A stretch of 64,000 bases of DNA from Candidatus Caldifonticola tengchongensis (GCA_031432545.1 JAVKGX010000005.1:70168-134167); one strand, 5' to 3'. Positions 1 to 10,218 are shown, counted from the first letter of the stretch. Program-made: numbers and translations. Notes: generated from the letters alone by a model not told the origin.

Positions 1-1109
1 TCGCCGTCGTGGTGTCCGCACCGGGGGACACGACCGACGACCTGCTGGCGCGAGCCCGCGAGGTCACGGATCGCCCTTGCCGGCGCGAGCTCGACGTGCT
101 GCTGGCGACCGGCGAGCAGCTGGCGGCGGCGCTGCTGACGATGGCGCTGCACGCGGAGGGGGAGGCGGCCACCTCACTCGTCGGATGGCAGGTGCGCATC
201 CTGACGGAGCCGGTCCACACCCGGGCCCGGATCCTCGACGTGGAGCGCGGGCGCCTGCTCGACGAGCTCGGCCGCGGCCGGATCCCGGTGGTCGCTGGTT
301 TCCAGGGCGTGTCGGCTGCGGGCGAGATCACGACGCTGGGGCGCGGCGGATCCGACACCACCGCCGTCGCGGTCGCCGCGGCGCTGGGTGCCGACGTCTG
401 CGAGATCTACACGGACGTCGCCGGTGTGCACACCGCCGACCCGCGTCTGGTGCCCGAGGCTCGCAGGCTGCCGCGGCTGACCTACGACGAGATGCTCGAG
501 ATGGCGTCCTCGGGGGCGGTAGTGGTCCACGTCCGCGCGGCCGAGTACGCGAAGACCCACCGTGTCCGCCTGCACGTGCGCAGCACGTTCGAAGAAGGCG
601 ACGGCACGTTCGTCGGGGAGGAACCCATGGAGCCCATCCGCTCCGTCAACGCCGTGACGCACGACCTCGACGTTTGCAAGATCACCGTGGAAGACCTGCC
701 GGACATCCCCGGCGTGGCCCACCGGTTGTTCGGGGTGCTGGCGGAGGCCCACGTCAACGTGGACATGATCGTGCAGACCGCCAGCCGCAGCGGGCGCGCC
801 GACATCTCCTTCACGGTGGGCGGCCAGGACGCCCGCACCGCCGTGGAGTCCGCCGAACGGGTGGCCCGGGAACTCGGCGCGACCCGGGTCCAAGGCGAGA
901 CCGGGGTGGCCAAGGTCTCCGTCGTGGGCGCGGGCATGGTCAGCAACCCCGGCGTGGCGGCGACGATGTTCGGGGCGCTGGCCGCCGAGCGAATCAACAT
1001 CCAGATGATCAGCACCTCAGAGATCAAGATCTCCTGCGTGATCGACGCCGAGGAGGTGGCCCGCGCGGTGCGGGCGCTGCATCGGGCGTTCGGGCTCCAA
1101 GACGGTTAG
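1..1109 (+). CDS. lysC: aspartate kinase, 5'-truncated by the window edge, with C-terminal ACT domains
   Basis: The frame is open from nt 3 ([15 protein letters not shown]...). It carries aspartokinase signatures ([36 protein letters not shown]) and a tandem ACT-like C-terminus (KVSVVGAGM....[10 protein letters not shown]). Confidence 0.9.
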   Translation, partial: AVVVSAPGDTTDDLLARAREVTDRPCRRELDVLLATGEQLAAALLTMALHAEGEAATSLVGWQVRILTEPVHTRARILDVERGRLLDELGRGRIPVVAGFQGVSAAGEITTLGRGGSDTTAVAVAAALGADVCEIYTDVAGVHTADPRLVPEARRLPRLTYDEMLEMASSGAVVVHVRAAEYAKTHRVRLHVRSTFEEGDGTFVGEEPMEPIRSVNAVTHDLDVCKITVEDLPDIPGVAHRLFGVLAEAHVNVDMIVQTASRSGRADISFTVGGQDARTAVESAERVARELGATRVQGETGVAKVSVVGAGMVSNPGVAATMFGALAAERINIQMISTSEIKISCVIDAEEVARAVRALHRAFGLQDG

Positions 1110-1111
1110 AG

Positions 1112-1124
1112 AAATCCGAACATT
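1112..1124 (+). promoter_or_regulatory. PurBox-like motif AAATCCGAACATT; the core AATCCGAAC recurs at 1208-1216
   Basis: It matches the PurR PurBox consensus AWWWCCGAACWWT, as I recall it, at 13/13 positions. It is an AT-rich island in GC-rich DNA, upstream of a purine-type permease. Confidence 0.4.
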
Positions 1125-1226
1125 ATCGGTCACAGCCCCTGGCGCCGCGCGTCCGCGCTGACCTACGATCCGCTTGTGGGGGCGATCGCCGTGCAGATCG
1201 TTCTACCAATCCGAACGCAGAGGGGG

Positions 1227-2639
1227 GTGGGACCTTTGGCAGAAGCCGTTCGGGAGCCGGCAGCCGCGGGCGGGTGGCTGGAGAACACGTTCCGTCTGAG
1301 CGAACGCGGGACCACCGCGACCACCGAGATCCGCGCGGGGTTGGCGACGTTCATGGTCATGGCTTACATCATCTTCGTCAACCCCAGCATCCTGGGACAG
1401 ATCGCCGACCCCACGGGCGAGAGGCTGGCGTTTCCGGCCGTGCTCACCGTCACGTGCCTGACCGCCGGGATCCTCTCGATCCTCATGGGCCTGTGGTCGA
1501 ACTACCCGTTCGCCCTGGCGCCCGGCATGGGTCTCAACGCGGTCGTGGCGTTCCAGCTGGTGGGATCGCTCAAACTGACCTGGCCGCAGGCGATGACGGT
1601 CATCTTTCTGGAAGGCTTGGTCATCCTGCTGCTGGTGCTGACGCGGTTCCGGGAGGCGGTGATGGATGCCATCCCGATGTCGCTGAAGCGCGCGATCGGG
1701 GTGGGCATTGGGCTGTTCATCGCGCTGATCGGATTCGTCAACGCGGGCTTCGTCGTCCCGGGGCAGGGGGTCCCGGTCAGCTTGGGCCACCTGAGGGCGC
1801 TGCCGATCACGGTCTTCGTCGTCGGTCTGTTGATCACCGGGTGGCTGCTCGCCCGCCGCGTGAAGGGCGCCCTGCTGTGGGGGATCCTGCTGACGACCGC
1901 CGTTGCGATCGTCGCGAACTACCTGTGGGGAGGCGGGCGCGCGTTCGGTGCGTCGGCGGTCCTGCCCGCTCAGTGGATCGGCGCGCCGCAGGGGCTGGTG
2001 GGCGACGGCCGGATCTTCGGCCGTGTGGACTTCGCCTTCTTCGCCACGCTCGGCGTGGCCACCGCGGTTCTGGTGGTGTTCTCGATCATGCTGGCTGACT
2101 TCTTCGACACGATGGGCACGGTCGTGGGCATCAGCAGCGAGGCGGGTTTCCTGGACGAGCGCGGCAAGCTGCCCGGCATCCGGAGAGTCCTGGTTGTGGA
2201 CTCGCTGGGGGCGGCGTTCGGCGGATTCGCCAACAGCAGCAGCAACACGACCTACATCGAGAGCGCGGCCGGCGTGGCCGAAGGCGGGCGCACCGGCCTG
2301 ACGTCGGTGGTCGTGGGCGTGCTGTTCTTGCTGGCAATGTTCCTCAATCCGCTGGCCGGCATCATCCCCGCGCAGGCCACCGCGCCGGCGCTGATCCTGG
2401 TGGGGTTCTTCATGATGACCATCGTGAAGGACATCCCGTGGGCGAACTACGACGAGGCGATCCCCGCGTTCGTCACGATGCTCGTGATGCCGTTCACCTA
2501 CTCGATCACCAACGGCATCGGTGCTGGCTTCATCGTCTACACCGTCCTGAAGCTGCTGAGCGGCAAGATCCGAGAGGTACACCCCCTCATGTTGGTCTCG
2601 TCGCTGGCGTTCGTGATCTACTTCCTCAACCCAGCCTAG
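1227..2639 (+). CDS. NCS2-family (AzgA/PbuG-like) adenine/guanine/hypoxanthine permease
   Basis: The N-terminus LENTFRLSERGTTATTEIRAGLATFMVMAYIIFVNP is typical of AzgA/PbuG-type permeases, and the protein is polytopic and hydrophobic throughout. The start is uncertain: GTG 1227 or TTG 1236 after the SD-like GAGGGGGG. The maximal ORF starts at 1176. Confidence 0.85.
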   Translation: MGPLAEAVREPAAAGGWLENTFRLSERGTTATTEIRAGLATFMVMAYIIFVNPSILGQIADPTGERLAFPAVLTVTCLTAGILSILMGLWSNYPFALAPGMGLNAVVAFQLVGSLKLTWPQAMTVIFLEGLVILLLVLTRFREAVMDAIPMSLKRAIGVGIGLFIALIGFVNAGFVVPGQGVPVSLGHLRALPITVFVVGLLITGWLLARRVKGALLWGILLTTAVAIVANYLWGGGRAFGASAVLPAQWIGAPQGLVGDGRIFGRVDFAFFATLGVATAVLVVFSIMLADFFDTMGTVVGISSEAGFLDERGKLPGIRRVLVVDSLGAAFGGFANSSSNTTYIESAAGVAEGGRTGLTSVVVGVLFLLAMFLNPLAGIIPAQATAPALILVGFFMMTIVKDIPWANYDEAIPAFVTMLVMPFTYSITNGIGAGFIVYTVLKLLSGKIREVHPLMLVSSLAFVIYFLNPA

Positions 2640-2648
2640 CCGCCACGG

Positions 2649-2687
2649 GTTCCTGGAACCGGTACCTGGAACCGGTACCAGGAACCC
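2649..2687 (+). terminator. strong 39-nt hairpin 10 nt after the permease stop; possible terminator without a canonical U-tract
   Basis: GGTTCCTGG (2649-2657) pairs with CCAGGAACC (2679-2687). An inner ACCGGT/ACCGGT stem follows, with a 7-nt loop. The same DNA contains a 13-bp tandem repeat, TGGAACCGGTACC x2 (2655-2680). Confidence 0.45.
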
Positions 2688-2698
2688 CCCTTGCATCT

Positions 2699-2722
2699 TA
2701 TAGCGAACGTATGTACGCTATA
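2699..2722. promoter_or_regulatory. LexA (Cheo-type) SOS box inside an extended palindrome
   Basis: TATAGCG-AACGTATGTA-CGCTATA. The core CGAACGTATGTACG (2704-2717) matches CGAAC-N4-GTTCG with one mismatch. It lies just upstream of, or overlapping, the 5' end of imuA, next to a TTGCAT -35-like hexamer (2691-2696). Confidence 0.6.
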
Positions 2723-2795
2723 TGGGCCAGGACGGGACCTCGGCCATTCCTCGTCTTCCGCCGCCCTGGACGCTACCGGAAACGCGACCCGATCC

Positions 2796-3401
2796 GTGCT
2801 GGATCCCGAACAGGTTCTCCTCGCTCCGTCGCGGCACCCGGTGCCGGCACCCGGCTGGTGCTTTCCCGCGGTGGCCGGACGTCTGGTGGAGGTCTCGGGC
2901 GCAGGGGAAGGCATCGGGCTCACCCTGGCGTTCGGGCTCGCATGGGATGCGCAGCGGCGGATCGAGCCGGTGGCGTGGGTCACCACCGCGGACAACTCGT
3001 TCTTCCCGCCCGACGCGGCGCAGACCGGTGTGGACCTGCAATCCCTGGTCGTGGTTCGGCTCTGTGACCCACGGTCAGTCGGCCGTGCCGCCGACCGGCT
3101 GGTGCGGTCAGGCGCGTTCGGGCTGGTGGTGCTGGACTTGGGTCGTGCCGATCTGCCGGTCCCGCTCCAGGCACGCCTCGCCGGCCTCGCTCACAGACAC
3201 CTCTCCGCCGTCGTCTGCCTGACGGAGAAATCCGGCGAAGCCCCTTCTCTGGGGCCCCTGATTTCCCTGCGGGTGCAGGGCCGGCGGCAGATCGTCGCTC
3301 CGGGCCGTTTTCGCTGTGAGGCCCGGGTCGTCAAGGACAAGCGGCGGGGTCCGACCTGGGAGCATGTGGAGGACTACGTTGGGCCGGATGGCCTGTACTG
3401 A
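2796..3401 (+). CDS. imuA: ImuA-type (RecA/SulA-like) SOS mutagenesis cassette protein
   Basis: GRLVEVSGAGEGIGLTLAFGLAWDAQRR..VAWVTT...FPPDAAQTGVDLQSLVVVR...SGAFGLVVLDL is the typical ImuA pattern, and the gene sits immediately 5' of imuB-dnaE2. The start is uncertain. The maximal ORF (TTG 2691) overlaps the LexA box, and GTG 2796 is the first in-frame start downstream of it. Confidence 0.75.
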   Translation: MLDPEQVLLAPSRHPVPAPGWCFPAVAGRLVEVSGAGEGIGLTLAFGLAWDAQRRIEPVAWVTTADNSFFPPDAAQTGVDLQSLVVVRLCDPRSVGRAADRLVRSGAFGLVVLDLGRADLPVPLQARLAGLAHRHLSAVVCLTEKSGEAPSLGPLISLRVQGRRQIVAPGRFRCEARVVKDKRRGPTWEHVEDYVGPDGLY

Positions 3402-4872
3402 CGTGAGGGCCCTCCCCCTGCAGATCCTGCTGCGGGCGCACCCAGAGTGGCAGGGCTGCGCGGTGGCCGTCGTGGAGGAGGATGCGCCGCACAGCCCGGT
3501 ACTGTGGGTGAACGAGCGGGCACGGCGCGCGGGCATCCTTCCGGGCTTACGGTACGCCACCGCGCTCTCGCTCGCCCACGATCTGCGCGCCGGTGCGGTT
3601 TCGGCATCGGAGGTTGCACACACCATCGAGACGCTCGCTGTGCGGCTGCGAAGGTTTGCGCCGGGCATCGAGCCGTCCGCAGCCGAACCAGGCGTGTTCT
3701 GGCTGGACGGCTCCGGACTCGACCTCCTCTATCCGTCGCCGGCCGACTGGGCCAGAGCCGTACGGCAGGACCTCCAGCGAGTGGGATTTCGGGCGTCGGT
3801 GGCGGTCGGCTTCACGCGGTTCGGGACGTACGCGGTGGCGCGATCGCACGACGGCGTGATCGTCTTCGACGATCCATACAGCGAGCAGGAGACAGCCCGC
3901 AGGGTCCGCCTGGCGGAGCTGGATACGGATCCAGACCTGCGCGACGCGCTCGACAGGCTCGGGGTGCGGACTGTGGACGACTTCCTGCGTCTGCCCCTCG
4001 AAGGCGTGCGGGAGCGGTTCGGACCCCAGGCCCACCGTCTGCACCAAATGGCCTCCGGTGACCTCCCGGCGCCGCTGCGCCCGCTTCCGGAAGTCCGACC
4101 GGTACAGCGGCGGCTCGTCCTGGACAACCCGGAGACGGACCGGACGCGGCTGCTGTTCGCGATCAAGCGGCTGCTTGCACCGATGCTCGCGGCATTGGGC
4201 TCGCGGGGCCAGGCGCTGGTCGAGTTGGAACTGCGGCTGCGACCGGACGGAGCGAGGTGGCGGACGCACAACATCCGGCCGGCCTCACCGACCCTCGACG
4301 AACTGCGGATCCTGGACCTCGTGCGCCTGAGGCTGGAATCGGAGGTCGGGAATCGGGGATCTGTCGGATACTCCGAGATCGTGCTCACCGCGCGCGGTAC
4401 GGATGCTCCAGCCGAGCAGGTCGGGTTCTTTCCTGCTCACCCGCACCGCGACCTAGAAGCGGCCGACCGCGCGCTGGCGCGCCTGCGTACCGAGTTCGGC
4501 GAGGCGGCCGTGGTCCGGGCCGTCGTCTGCGACGGGCACCTGCCGGAGGCGCAGTTCGCGTGGGAGCCGATCGACGCCGTCACGCTCCCCCGCCCGGGGG
4601 TCGGGATGCCTGCGGCGGTGCGGCGGATCTTCAGCAAGCCGATTCCGCTGCCCTCCCCGCCGCGAGATGTGCGCGACGATGGGTGGCTGATCCTGGGTGT
4701 GGAGGGCGGGGCGGTCACCGATCTGTGGGGTCCCTACGTCGTGTCCGGCGGCTGGTGGCGGCGCGAGGTCCACCGGGAGTACTACTTCGTCCGCACGAAA
4801 AGAGGGCACCTGCTGTGGGTGTACTACGACCGCGTCCGCCGCCGCTGGTTCTGGCACGGGCGGGTGGAGTAG
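3388..4872 (+). CDS. imuB: ImuB, a Y-family-polymerase-like protein lacking the catalytic acidic motif
   Basis: It has a Y-family fold-like N-terminus ([15 protein letters not shown]...) without the DxD...E catalytic pattern. It lies between imuA and dnaE2. ATG 3388 overlaps the imuA stop by 14 nt. Confidence 0.85.
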   Translation: MACTDVRALPLQILLRAHPEWQGCAVAVVEEDAPHSPVLWVNERARRAGILPGLRYATALSLAHDLRAGAVSASEVAHTIETLAVRLRRFAPGIEPSAAEPGVFWLDGSGLDLLYPSPADWARAVRQDLQRVGFRASVAVGFTRFGTYAVARSHDGVIVFDDPYSEQETARRVRLAELDTDPDLRDALDRLGVRTVDDFLRLPLEGVRERFGPQAHRLHQMASGDLPAPLRPLPEVRPVQRRLVLDNPETDRTRLLFAIKRLLAPMLAALGSRGQALVELELRLRPDGARWRTHNIRPASPTLDELRILDLVRLRLESEVGNRGSVGYSEIVLTARGTDAPAEQVGFFPAHPHRDLEAADRALARLRTEFGEAAVVRAVVCDGHLPEAQFAWEPIDAVTLPRPGVGMPAAVRRIFSKPIPLPSPPRDVRDDGWLILGVEGGAVTDLWGPYVVSGGWWRREVHREYYFVRTKRGHLLWVYYDRVRRRWFWHGRVE

Positions 4873-4882
4873 CGCGTCCGCC

Positions 4883-7800
4883 GTGGCGTACGTTCCGCTG
4901 TGGTGCAAGTCCAACTTCTCGTTCTTGGAAGGGGCGAGCCATCCCGACGAACTGGTCGAACAGGCGCACCGACTCGGACTGCGGTCGCTGGCGCTCACCG
5001 ACCGCGACGGGGTGTACGGCGTCGTGCGCGCCCACGTCCGCGCGCGTGATCTCGGTGTCCACCTGATCGTCGGATCGGAGGTGACAGTGACAGACGGTGC
5101 GACGATCGTCCTGCTGGTGCAGGACCGGACCGGATACGCCAACCTCTGCCGCCTCGTCACAGCGGGCCGCCTGCGCTCCCCTAAGGGCACGTCTTCGGTC
5201 ACCTGGGAAGAAGTCTGCACGCACGCGGGGGGCCTGATCGCCCTGTGGGGCAATGGCAGCCATCGGTCGGCCGCGGGCCGCCGATCCGCTACTTCCGCCT
5301 GCCCGCTGCCTGCGCTGCACGATGCGTTCGGCGACCGGCTGTACGCGGTGGTCGCCCGGCACCGGCGGGCCGAGGAGGTGCGGACGGAGGCATGGGTGCG
5401 GGAGCAGGCTGCACACTACGGGACCCCGGTGGTCGCCGCGACCGAGGTGCTCTACCACACGCCGTCGCGCCGTCCGGCGCAGGACGTCCTGACGTGCATC
5501 CGATATGGCGTCGCGCTCGCTGCGGCGGGGCGGCGGATCCGGCCCAACGCCGAGCACGACCTGAAATCCCCCCACGCCTTTCGCTCGCTGTTCGCCGACG
5601 ACCCATCCGCCGTGGCCCGCACCGAGGAGGTGGCCGCGCGCTGCACCTTCTCGCTGACCGAACTGCGGTACCGCTATCCTGCACAGCGCCTGCCGGACGG
5701 GACGAACCCCTCGCAGTGGCTGCGGCACCTGACGTTTGCCGGAGCGCGCGCACGTTACGGCGACCGCCTCCCGGATGCGGTCGCATCGCAGCTGGAGCGG
5801 GAACTCGCCCTGATCGAGGAACTGGACTATGGCGGGTACTTCCTGACGATGTGGGAGATCGTCGAGTTCTGCCGCCACCGGGGCATCCTCTGCCAGGGGC
5901 GCGGATCGGCGGCGAATTCGACGGTCTGCTACTGCCTGGGCATCACCCAGGTCGACCCCGAGCGCGTGGAGCTGCTGTTCGAGCGTTTCTTATCCCGGGA
6001 GCGGGCCGAACCGCCCGACATCGACCTGGACATCCAGCACAACCGGCGCGAGGAGGTGATCCAGTTCGTCTACGACCGGTACGGGCGAGAGCGGGCGGCG
6101 ATGGTCGCCAACGTCGTCCGCTACCGCGCACGGTCCGCGGTACGCGACGTGGGAAAGGCCCTGGGCCTGCCGCCGACCTCGCTGGACCGGCTGGCGCGGA
6201 TGCTGTTGCATTCCGACGCCCCGGACCCTCGGGCGCTCGTCGAGGCCGGGCTCGACCCGGCGGTACCCGGGCACGAGCACCTGATGCGGCTGGCGGCCGA
6301 GATCCAGGGCTTCCCGCGGCACCTCTCGATTCACCCCGGGGGTTTCCTGCTCGGCGGCGAACCGGTCTGCGAGATCGTACCGGTCGAGCGGGCGGCGATG
6401 CCCGGCCGTACCGTGATCCAGTGGGACAAAGACGACCTCGAGGACCTGGGGCTGTTCAAGGTCGACCTGCTGGGGCTCGGCGCGCTCACCCACCTCGACC
6501 TGTGCTTCGATCTGCTGAAGCGACACCGCGGCGTGGAACTGTCGATGGCGACGATCCCGCCCGACGACCCACAGACGTTCGACATGATCTCCCGCGGGGA
6601 CACCGTGGGTGTCTTCCAGATCGAGAGCCGCGCGCAGATGGCGATGTTGCCCCGGCTGCGACCGCAGAACTTCTACGACCTGGTGGTCCAGATCAGCATC
6701 GTCCGGCCGGGGCCGATCACCGGCGGCATGGTGCACCCCTACCTGCGGCGCCGCAGCGGCATCGAACCCGTGGACTACCCGCATCCCTGTCTGGAACCGG
6801 TGCTGCGCAAGACCCTGGGTGTGCCGCTGTTCCAAGAACAGGTGATGCGGCTGGCGGTCACGGCCGCCGACTACACGCCCGGCGAGGCCGACCAGTTGCG
6901 CCGCGACATGGCGGCGTGGCGAAGGACCGGCCGCATCGAGCGACACCGCGAGCGGCTGATCTCCCGTATGCAGGCCAAGGGGATCGCGCCCGAGTTCGCC
7001 GAGCGCGTCTTCCAGCAGATCTGCGGCTTCGGCGAGTATGGCTTCCCCGAGTCTCACGCGGCCAGTTTCGCCCTGATCGCCTACGCGGCGGCCTACCTGA
7101 AATGCCACTACCCGGCGGAGTTCGTCTGCGCTCTGCTCAACGCCCAGCCGATGGGGTTCTATGCGCCGGCGACAATCGTCGAGGACGCCCGGCGTCACGG
7201 CGTCGCGGTGCTGCCGGTAGACGTGCTCCACAGCGAGTGGGGGTGTACCCTCGAACCTGGGGCTTACGCCGTCCGGATGGGCCTCCGCTACGTCAAAGGG
7301 CTGGGGGAGGGGGACTGGCGGCGGATCGCATCCGCCCGCGCGCGCTCGCCGTTCGTTTCCCTCGACGACTTCGTCCGCCGCACGGGACTGGACGAAGGCG
7401 CGCTGGTGGCGCTGGCGGAAGCCGGCGCGTTCGAGGGGTTCGGGATCGATCGCCGGCAGGCCCTGTGGCAGGTCCGGGCGCTCCTCAGGCGGCGCGGGAT
7501 CTCGCTGCCCATCCGGATCCGGGAACGGATCCCCGCGTTCGCGGCGCTGAGCCGGTTCGAGGAAGTGGCGTGGGACTACGACCGCACGTCCCACAGCCCC
7601 CGCGGCCACCCTTTGGAGCCGCTACGGGAGGAGCTGCGCGCGCTGGGGCTGCCGGATGCCCGAACGGTGCAGTCCATGCTGGACGGTACGAGGGTGCGTT
7701 ACGCCGGGCTGGTGATCTGTCGGCAGACCCCGGGGACCGCGTCGGGCGTGACGTTCATGACGCTGGAGGACGAGACCGGCTTCGTGAACCTCGTCGTCTG

Positions 7801-7966
7801 GCCGTCGGTGTTCGAGACGTATTCCGCGCTGGCCAAGGCGGCCGCGTTTTTGGGTACGAGTGGGTATGTCCAGAAGCAACAGGGTGTCGTGCACATCGTC
7901 TGCGAATCCCTGTGGCGACCCCGGTTGCGCCGCCCGCCTGCCCCCACCAGCCGCGACTTCCGCTGA
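4883..7966 (+). CDS. dnaE2: error-prone DNA polymerase III alpha-like subunit DnaE2
   Basis: It has a PHP-domain N-terminus ([44 protein letters not shown]) and the Pol III alpha core (HPGGF, FQIESR, VRPGPI). GTG 4883 lies 11 nt after the imuB stop. The upstream part of the track ORF (from 4697) overlaps imuB. Confidence 0.9.
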   Translation: MAYVPLWCKSNFSFLEGASHPDELVEQAHRLGLRSLALTDRDGVYGVVRAHVRARDLGVHLIVGSEVTVTDGATIVLLVQDRTGYANLCRLVTAGRLRSPKGTSSVTWEEVCTHAGGLIALWGNGSHRSAAGRRSATSACPLPALHDAFGDRLYAVVARHRRAEEVRTEAWVREQAAHYGTPVVAATEVLYHTPSRRPAQDVLTCIRYGVALAAAGRRIRPNAEHDLKSPHAFRSLFADDPSAVARTEEVAARCTFSLTELRYRYPAQRLPDGTNPSQWLRHLTFAGARARYGDRLPDAVASQLERELALIEELDYGGYFLTMWEIVEFCRHRGILCQGRGSAANSTVCYCLGITQVDPERVELLFERFLSRERAEPPDIDLDIQHNRREEVIQFVYDRYGRERAAMVANVVRYRARSAVRDVGKALGLPPTSLDRLARMLLHSDAPDPRALVEAGLDPAVPGHEHLMRLAAEIQGFPRHLSIHPGGFLLGGEPVCEIVPVERAAMPGRTVIQWDKDDLEDLGLFKVDLLGLGALTHLDLCFDLLKRHRGVELSMATIPPDDPQTFDMISRGDTVGVFQIESRAQMAMLPRLRPQNFYDLVVQISIVRPGPITGGMVHPYLRRRSGIEPVDYPHPCLEPVLRKTLGVPLFQEQVMRLAVTAADYTPGEADQLRRDMAAWRRTGRIERHRERLISRMQAKGIAPEFAERVFQQICGFGEYGFPESHAASFALIAYAAAYLKCHYPAEFVCALLNAQPMGFYAPATIVEDARRHGVAVLPVDVLHSEWGCTLEPGAYAVRMGLRYVKGLGEGDWRRIASARARSPFVSLDDFVRRTGLDEGALVALAEAGAFEGFGIDRRQALWQVRALLRRRGISLPIRIRERIPAFAALSRFEEVAWDYDRTSHSPRGHPLEPLREELRALGLPDARTVQSMLDGTRVRYAGLVICRQTPGTASGVTFMTLEDETGFVNLVVWPSVFETYSALAKAAAFLGTSGYVQKQQGVVHIVCESLWRPRLRRPPAPTSRDFR

Positions 7967-7978
7967 CCGTCCGGTCGG

Positions 7979-8881
7979 CTACCGCTTCCGCCAGATCAGC
8001 TTGCCGGACTCCACGAGCGCTTCCGCTGCCCCTTCCCGGGCGAGGTGGACGAGGTGCGCCAGCACGGTGGCGTGCATCAACACGTACGTCGACAGGTTGG
8101 TGGGCGGTGTCTTCAGCCGGGCGGTGACGGCGTGGACGACCTCGCTCGTGGTACCGCCGAGGGCTTCGCGCACGATGTCCGATGCTCGGCGCACCGCCGC
8201 GAGGTTGCGCGCCGCCACGCCCTCGATCTCCTCCCGGGGGACCGGTTCGCCGTGGCCGGGGACGAACCACGCGTAGTCCCAGCCGGGCAGCCGCGCCAGC
8301 GTGGCGATCTGTCCGGCGACGTCGTGCGCGAAGGGGATCTGGTACTTGTCCAGTACCTCCGGACCGAAGAAGGCGTCCGCCGCGTAGCACACCGCTCCGC
8401 ATCCGATCGCGGCCTGCCGGATCGCGTGCCCGTCGGCTCGGTGCACTGCGAGGCCAACGCCCGCGACGTGGAGTTCCCCGTCGGTCGTCTCGTAAACGTG
8501 ATCGACCGGCGAGGGCTTGGCCATCAACCACTTGTTGAGCATCTCCGGCATCGGGGAGGCTCCGCTCATCAGGTACGCCGGCTCCAGGTAGGGGTAGCGC
8601 AGGATGGCCTCCTCGACGGCCGGCGCCCACACCGGGGCACCGAGGTTGCGGACCAGGTAGTCGTTGCCCCCGTAGTGGTCGGCGTGGGAGTGCGTGTTGA
8701 CGATCGCGCGCAGCGTCAGGCCGCGGGCTGCCAGGGCCTTGCGGATCGTCCGTCCGTAGTCGGCGTCCGCCCCGGTATCGATCAGGACCGCTCCGCCGTC
8801 GGCGGTCGCCACGACCCCGACGTTGACCGCACCCGGGAGGTAGCCGGAGCCGCCGGTCAGCTCGATGACGTCTGCCACCAC
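7979..8881 (-). CDS. MBL-fold metallo-hydrolase
   Basis: The HxHxDH motif is present (NTHSHADHYGGN), with later His/Asp ligands (VPGHGEPV). Confidence 0.8.
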   Translation of the reverse strand: MVADVIELTGGSGYLPGAVNVGVVATADGGAVLIDTGADADYGRTIRKALAARGLTLRAIVNTHSHADHYGGNDYLVRNLGAPVWAPAVEEAILRYPYLEPAYLMSGASPMPEMLNKWLMAKPSPVDHVYETTDGELHVAGVGLAVHRADGHAIRQAAIGCGAVCYAADAFFGPEVLDKYQIPFAHDVAGQIATLARLPGWDYAWFVPGHGEPVPREEIEGVAARNLAAVRRASDIVREALGGTTSEVVHAVTARLKTPPTNLSTYVLMHATVLAHLVHLAREGAAEALVESGKLIWRKR

Positions 8882-9023
8882 GGCCCCTCGGTCACGCCCC
8901 CATGCCCCCCATGCATCGATGGTTTCCTTCTCAGTCTACGGATGGGTTTGCGGGTGACGGAGCGGCCGCAGACTTCCAGGCGGTGCCCGGCGCGACGAAG
9001 GGGGACCCGCAACACCGCGAACC

Positions 9024-9575
9024 CTACACCATCTTCAGCCTGTCGAGGTGCTCCCTGCGGAACTTGGCGACCTTGGGTGCTACGACCGCCCGGCAGTAGG
9101 GCTGGTCGGGGTTGCGGCGGAAGTACTCCTGGTGGTAGTCCTCCGCAGGGTAGAACGCCTGCAGCGGCGTGACCTCGGTCACGATGGGATCGTCCCAGAT
9201 CCCTCGGGATCCCAGTTCCTCGATCACCTGCTCGGCGATCCGGCGCTGTCGGTCGTCGTGGTAGAAGATCGCCGATCGGTACTGCGGGCCGACGTCGGGG
9301 CCCTGTCGGTCCGGGGTCGTCGGGTCGTGGATCGCGAAGAAGATCTGCAGGAGGTCCCGGTACGAGATGACCTCCGGGTCGAAGGTCACCTGCACGACCT
9401 CTGCGTGTCCGGTGGTGCCCGTGCAGACCTGCTCGTAGGCGGGGTTGGGTACGTGACCGCCGGCATAGCCGGAGACGACGTTCACCACGCCCCGCACCTC
9501 GTCGAAGACGGCTTCCAGACACCAGAAGCAGCCGCCGGCCAGTGTGGCGACCTCATTTCGCCCCACAATGTCCAT
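9024..9575 (-). CDS. msrA: peptide-methionine (S)-S-oxide reductase
   Basis: It carries the GGCFWCLEAVF active-site motif, GY.GG, and HAEVVQVTFDP. Confidence 0.92.
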   Translation of the reverse strand: MDIVGRNEVATLAGGCFWCLEAVFDEVRGVVNVVSGYAGGHVPNPAYEQVCTGTTGHAEVVQVTFDPEVISYRDLLQIFFAIHDPTTPDRQGPDVGPQYRSAIFYHDDRQRRIAEQVIEELGSRGIWDDPIVTEVTPLQAFYPAEDYHQEYFRRNPDQPYCRAVVAPKVAKFRREHLDRLKMV

Positions 9576-9706
9576 TGTACGACATGCCGCCGGCGCCGCA
9601 TGCAGTTCCTCCGTGCTCTTGACCGAGGGCGCAGACCAGGTACCGTCGAGGGAGAAGGACGGGGGCGTCCACTCGGCGAACGCACCGTCCGGCGGGGAGG
9701 CGGAGG

Positions 9707-10168
9707 ATGGCAGACGCGACGATCCAGGAGCGGCTGGACTGGCGGATCACGCCCGAGCTGTACGAGAAGATCCGGCGCCTGTGGATCCAACACTCGAAGG
9801 CGGAGGACGCGCGGGACCTGCAGGGGTTGATCGACACCCTCTCGCCCGACTGCGTCTACGAGATCGTGCCGACCGGGCATCGCTGGGAGGGCCACAACGG
9901 GGCGCGCGACTTCTACCTGAGTTTCCTGGCTGCGTTCCCCGACGTGCACTTCCGCATGACGGACATCGTGATCGGCCCCCAGGGCGTCATCGAGGTTGCG
10001 GAGATGACCGGGACCCACCGGGGACCATGGATGGGTGTCGCGCCGACGGGCCGGTCGGCGCGCCTGACGATCCTCATATACTTCCCGTGGGATCCGCAAC
10101 ACGAGAAGTTCGCCGGCGAGCGGATCTACTTTGACCGCCTGTCGCTGCGCGAGCAGGGCATCGCCTGA
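9707..10168 (+). CDS. SnoaL-like / ester-cyclase family protein
   Basis: It is about 150 aa with an ester-cyclase-like pattern (GHNGARDFYLSFLAAFPDVHF...GTHRGPWMGVAPTGR). Confidence 0.7.
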   Translation: MADATIQERLDWRITPELYEKIRRLWIQHSKAEDARDLQGLIDTLSPDCVYEIVPTGHRWEGHNGARDFYLSFLAAFPDVHFRMTDIVIGPQGVIEVAEMTGTHRGPWMGVAPTGRSARLTILIYFPWDPQHEKFAGERIYFDRLSLREQGIA

Positions 10169-10218
10169 ACAGGCCCCGCACAGGGCGCCGGGAGCGGAAG
10201 GGGCTTGCAGGTTCGACG

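Noticed and set aside
1110-1226. A purine (guanine/adenine) riboswitch upstream of the NCS2 permease.
   Set aside because: Only a GUUCUACC-like fragment (about 1199-1207) resembles the J2/3 core. I could not build P1, P2 or P3, or find the UAUAAU, CCGUAAA or GACUA elements.
2655-2680. The 13-bp tandem repeat as a transposon end or integron-like site.
   Set aside because: No mobility gene is adjacent. The repeat is fully explained as the two arms of one long hairpin right after a stop codon.
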